Positions 62,701-64,000 of a stretch of 64,000 nt of DNA are shown here, in pieces (position 1 is the stretch's first letter; each line of letters begins with the position of its first letter). The translations under genes were made by a program, and so were the position numbers. The stretch lies in the NCBI GenBank assembly GCA_905178155.1, contig CAJINV010000002.1:3300515-3364514 (forward strand), read 5' to 3'. Under the pieces are notes generated by a model, which was given only the letters and a program-made list of their open reading frames with translations, was not told where the DNA came from and did no database searches. The DNA is from Amoebophrya sp. A120. Lineage: Eukaryota > Protista > Dinoflagellata.

Positions 62701-64000
62701 AGCCCCATGAGAGCCATTTTGTAGTGGTGTTTCGGTATTTGTGATGCTAGAATCAGCATGACGCGCTAGATCTGTGATGCTTCGGAACTAGCTAAACAGG
62801 ACTACACTACAAGGACAAATTTGTCGTGCGAAACAACCAAAGCTGGTTGATTTGTCTAGCCGATCTCCCATGCCCACTCTGGTGTGGGGACGTTTTTACA
62901 CAGGATATGTAGTGGTCTTTCTGCCGCCCAAGAAAATGCACTTCTCCTGGATGGCAGCAGCTACCCGACGGCGGCCTGTCGCGAGAGCTGTTGCGCACAG
63001 GGCTGCAAGATACCAACCCTTGCGAACCTGAAAAAGATCAACCAGGGCCAGGCTTGGTCAGGATGGGCGCAGGAGCTGGGAACGAGCAAATTTGCGGTGA
63101 ACCCGAACGGAGCGAAAAAATCCATCAGCGGTGTCACTTGCAACGCTGGGCGGTGGGATATGGCGCTCTCAAACGTTACATTCTCAACTGTTGCATGAAT
63201 CTGTAATGCAAGAATGGCAAAAGCAAAAGGGGGAAGATTGCAAAAATTGCATTACAAATCCCGAGCAGATCATTTAGGTGCTGTTTAGCCCTTCGCAAAT
63301 TTGTCATGCGAAGCAGCTTGATCTTGTGGATGATGATGGTAGTTTTGCATGACAAATTCATGTAACGGTTGAGAGTGTAACGTTTGAGAGAGAGCTGATC
63401 CATATGGGAAGGCGCTGCGCCGACGTTTCGCTGTGAACAGGCGGGGGCCGCTATTGAAAGGAAAAATCCCCCCTCCCCATATCAAAAGGAAGTTTCTGAT
63501 GCTGGTTTTGTGTACACAAATCAGGTCTGTCTTGCAGTACAGGACTGCAAACCCATACCAAGCCTAAGCAGAAGGGTTTTGACGTAGGCGCGTAGCATGG
63601 CAAATGTGTCCTCTGTAGGCTCCATAGCATCACAAACCGCCTCCATAATGCGGCGAGGTCGCTGGATTGGCCTTCTTGCAATACACAGACGATTTGTGTC
63701 CACAAATCAGCATCAGAATTTCCAGAAGTATCCCTTTTTGATATGGGGAGGGGGGGTTTTTCCTTTTGATAGTCGCGTTGAAAGTGTTTGGTTGTGATAC
63801 GCAAATCTCCACAACGGACGCTGGGCTGACGGTGAAGTGTGCGGGAAGCGACTGCGAGTGGAAAGACCCCTGGCTGCCGCTGGACTGCAAGCAGGCCTGT
63901 GACAGCAACAGCGCATCAAATGGCTTCTGCGATAAGTGTATCAAATGCGTCGAATATGTCTGGGTCTGGAAGAAGGCAACATTGTGATGAGCATTTCACA
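50746..64000 (+). CDS. Giant Cys-rich PAN/Apple-like plus long-repeat protein, paralog 2; runs off the window; 24 introner introns so far
   Basis: Frame continuous after removing each element plus one TSD; CRARCSKHTNCSHF and CEELCNIRADCQAY modules; same long Cys repeats as the 26361 gene. Confidence 0.8.
51548..51861. mobile_element. Introner family D
   Basis: TSD GGACG/GAGCG. Confidence 0.87.
51966..52113. mobile_element. Introner family A
   Basis: TSD CCTCG. Confidence 0.9.
52161..52496. mobile_element. Introner family B, inverted relative to 6197; starts TAC
   Basis: TSD AGGAT. Confidence 0.9.
52538..52793. mobile_element. Introner family C
   Basis: TSD TCTGG. Confidence 0.9.
53031..53340. 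mobile_element. Introner family D
   Basis: TSD GGTGC; close copy at 54799. Confidence 0.9.
53441..53596. mobile_element. Introner family A
   Basis: TSD TCACC. Confidence 0.9.
54103..54405. mobile_element. Introner family E
   Basis: TSD CTGCT. Confidence 0.9.
54477..54707. mobile_element. Introner family F (ends ACA)
   Basis: TSD CTGGC. Confidence 0.88.
54799..55104. mobile_element. Introner family D
   Basis: TSD CCGGT. Confidence 0.9.
55119..55444. mobile_element. Introner family J
   Basis: Perfect TIR TATTACAATGAAAAATG / CATTTTTCATTGTAATA, TSD AAAAC/CAAAC. Confidence 0.88.
55543..55794. mobile_element. Introner family C
   Basis: TSD AGGTG. Confidence 0.9.
55840..56410. mobile_element. 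Long D-ended introner with CACACCCC micro-repeats
   Basis: TATGGAAGCGTCAGG...CCTGACGCCCCCATA, TSD AGACG/AGCCG. Confidence 0.85.
56587..56908. mobile_element. Introner family B
   Basis: TSD AGGAA. Confidence 0.9.
56968..57232. mobile_element. Introner family C
   Basis: TSD GTGCC. Confidence 0.9.
57638..57872. mobile_element. Introner family F
   Basis: TSD ACGCG. Confidence 0.9.
57934..58258. mobile_element. Introner family C
   Basis: Diverged TSD GTGCG/GTTCA; frame GVACESGYDP. Confidence 0.85.
58678..58831. mobile_element. Introner family A
   Basis: TSD ATGCA/ACGCA. Confidence 0.88.
58959..61853. mobile_element. Giant family B introner (2.9 kb) with GC-rich insertion
   Basis: B ends at both sides, perfect TSD GATGG; frame NQGWATIATVQC restored. 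Confidence 0.88.
59701..61523. mobile_element. Nested 1.8-kb GC-rich element with 35-bp perfect TIRs
   Basis: AGATGTTGTGCAACAACCTGACCCCTTTCCGCCGG at 59701 and its exact reverse complement at 61489-61523. Confidence 0.75.
61994..62146. mobile_element. Introner family A
   Basis: TSD GGGAC/GGGAT. Confidence 0.9.
62310..62575. mobile_element. Introner family C
   Basis: TSD AAGAC. Confidence 0.9.
62629..62907. mobile_element. Introner family E
   Basis: TSD TGTAG. Confidence 0.9.
63159..63404. mobile_element. Introner family F
   Basis: TSD TGGGA. Confidence 0.9.
63452..63771. mobile_element. Introner family B
   Basis: TSD GCCGC/GTCGC. Confidence 0.9.
63939..64000. mobile_element. Left end of a family C introner, cut by the window edge
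   Basis: TATCAAATGCGTCGAATATGTCTGGGTCTGGAAG. Confidence 0.75.

Noticed and set aside
26361-64000. Fragmented ORFs as pseudogenes or an alternative genetic code
   Set aside because: The stops lie inside the elements, and the frames are continuous under the standard code once these are removed.

Overview
This is eukaryotic genomic DNA, and every gene I could reconstruct is on the + strand. The dominant feature is about 63 short elements with terminal inverted repeats, falling into roughly 10 sequence families. Almost all begin with TAT, end with ATA and are flanked by a 5-bp direct repeat (TSD). They sit almost entirely inside coding sequence and lack GT-AG ends. Removing an element plus one TSD copy restores the reading frame in every intact coding case I checked by hand, so they behave as non-canonical, MITE-like introns (introners). 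This matches the invasive introner elements described in the parasitic dinoflagellate Amoebophrya (Farhat et al. 2021); the organism call is inference. Spliced genes: an OTU-like protease, a large low-complexity protein, a mitochondrial 2Fe-2S ferredoxin, a TBC+PH RabGAP, an ALKBH6-like dioxygenase, an AA15-like LPMO, and three giant Cys-rich surface proteins, two of them tandem paralogs with almost entirely different intron sites. Notable details: the elements are removed in both orientations; all families share a GCATNACAAA motif; TSD mismatches indicate which copy is exonic; two introners carry 2.6 and 5 kb of cargo (a nested TIR element and a 93-bp satellite); and one damaged introner may have become a GT-AG intron. 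Splice junctions are inferred from frame restoration, not from transcripts.
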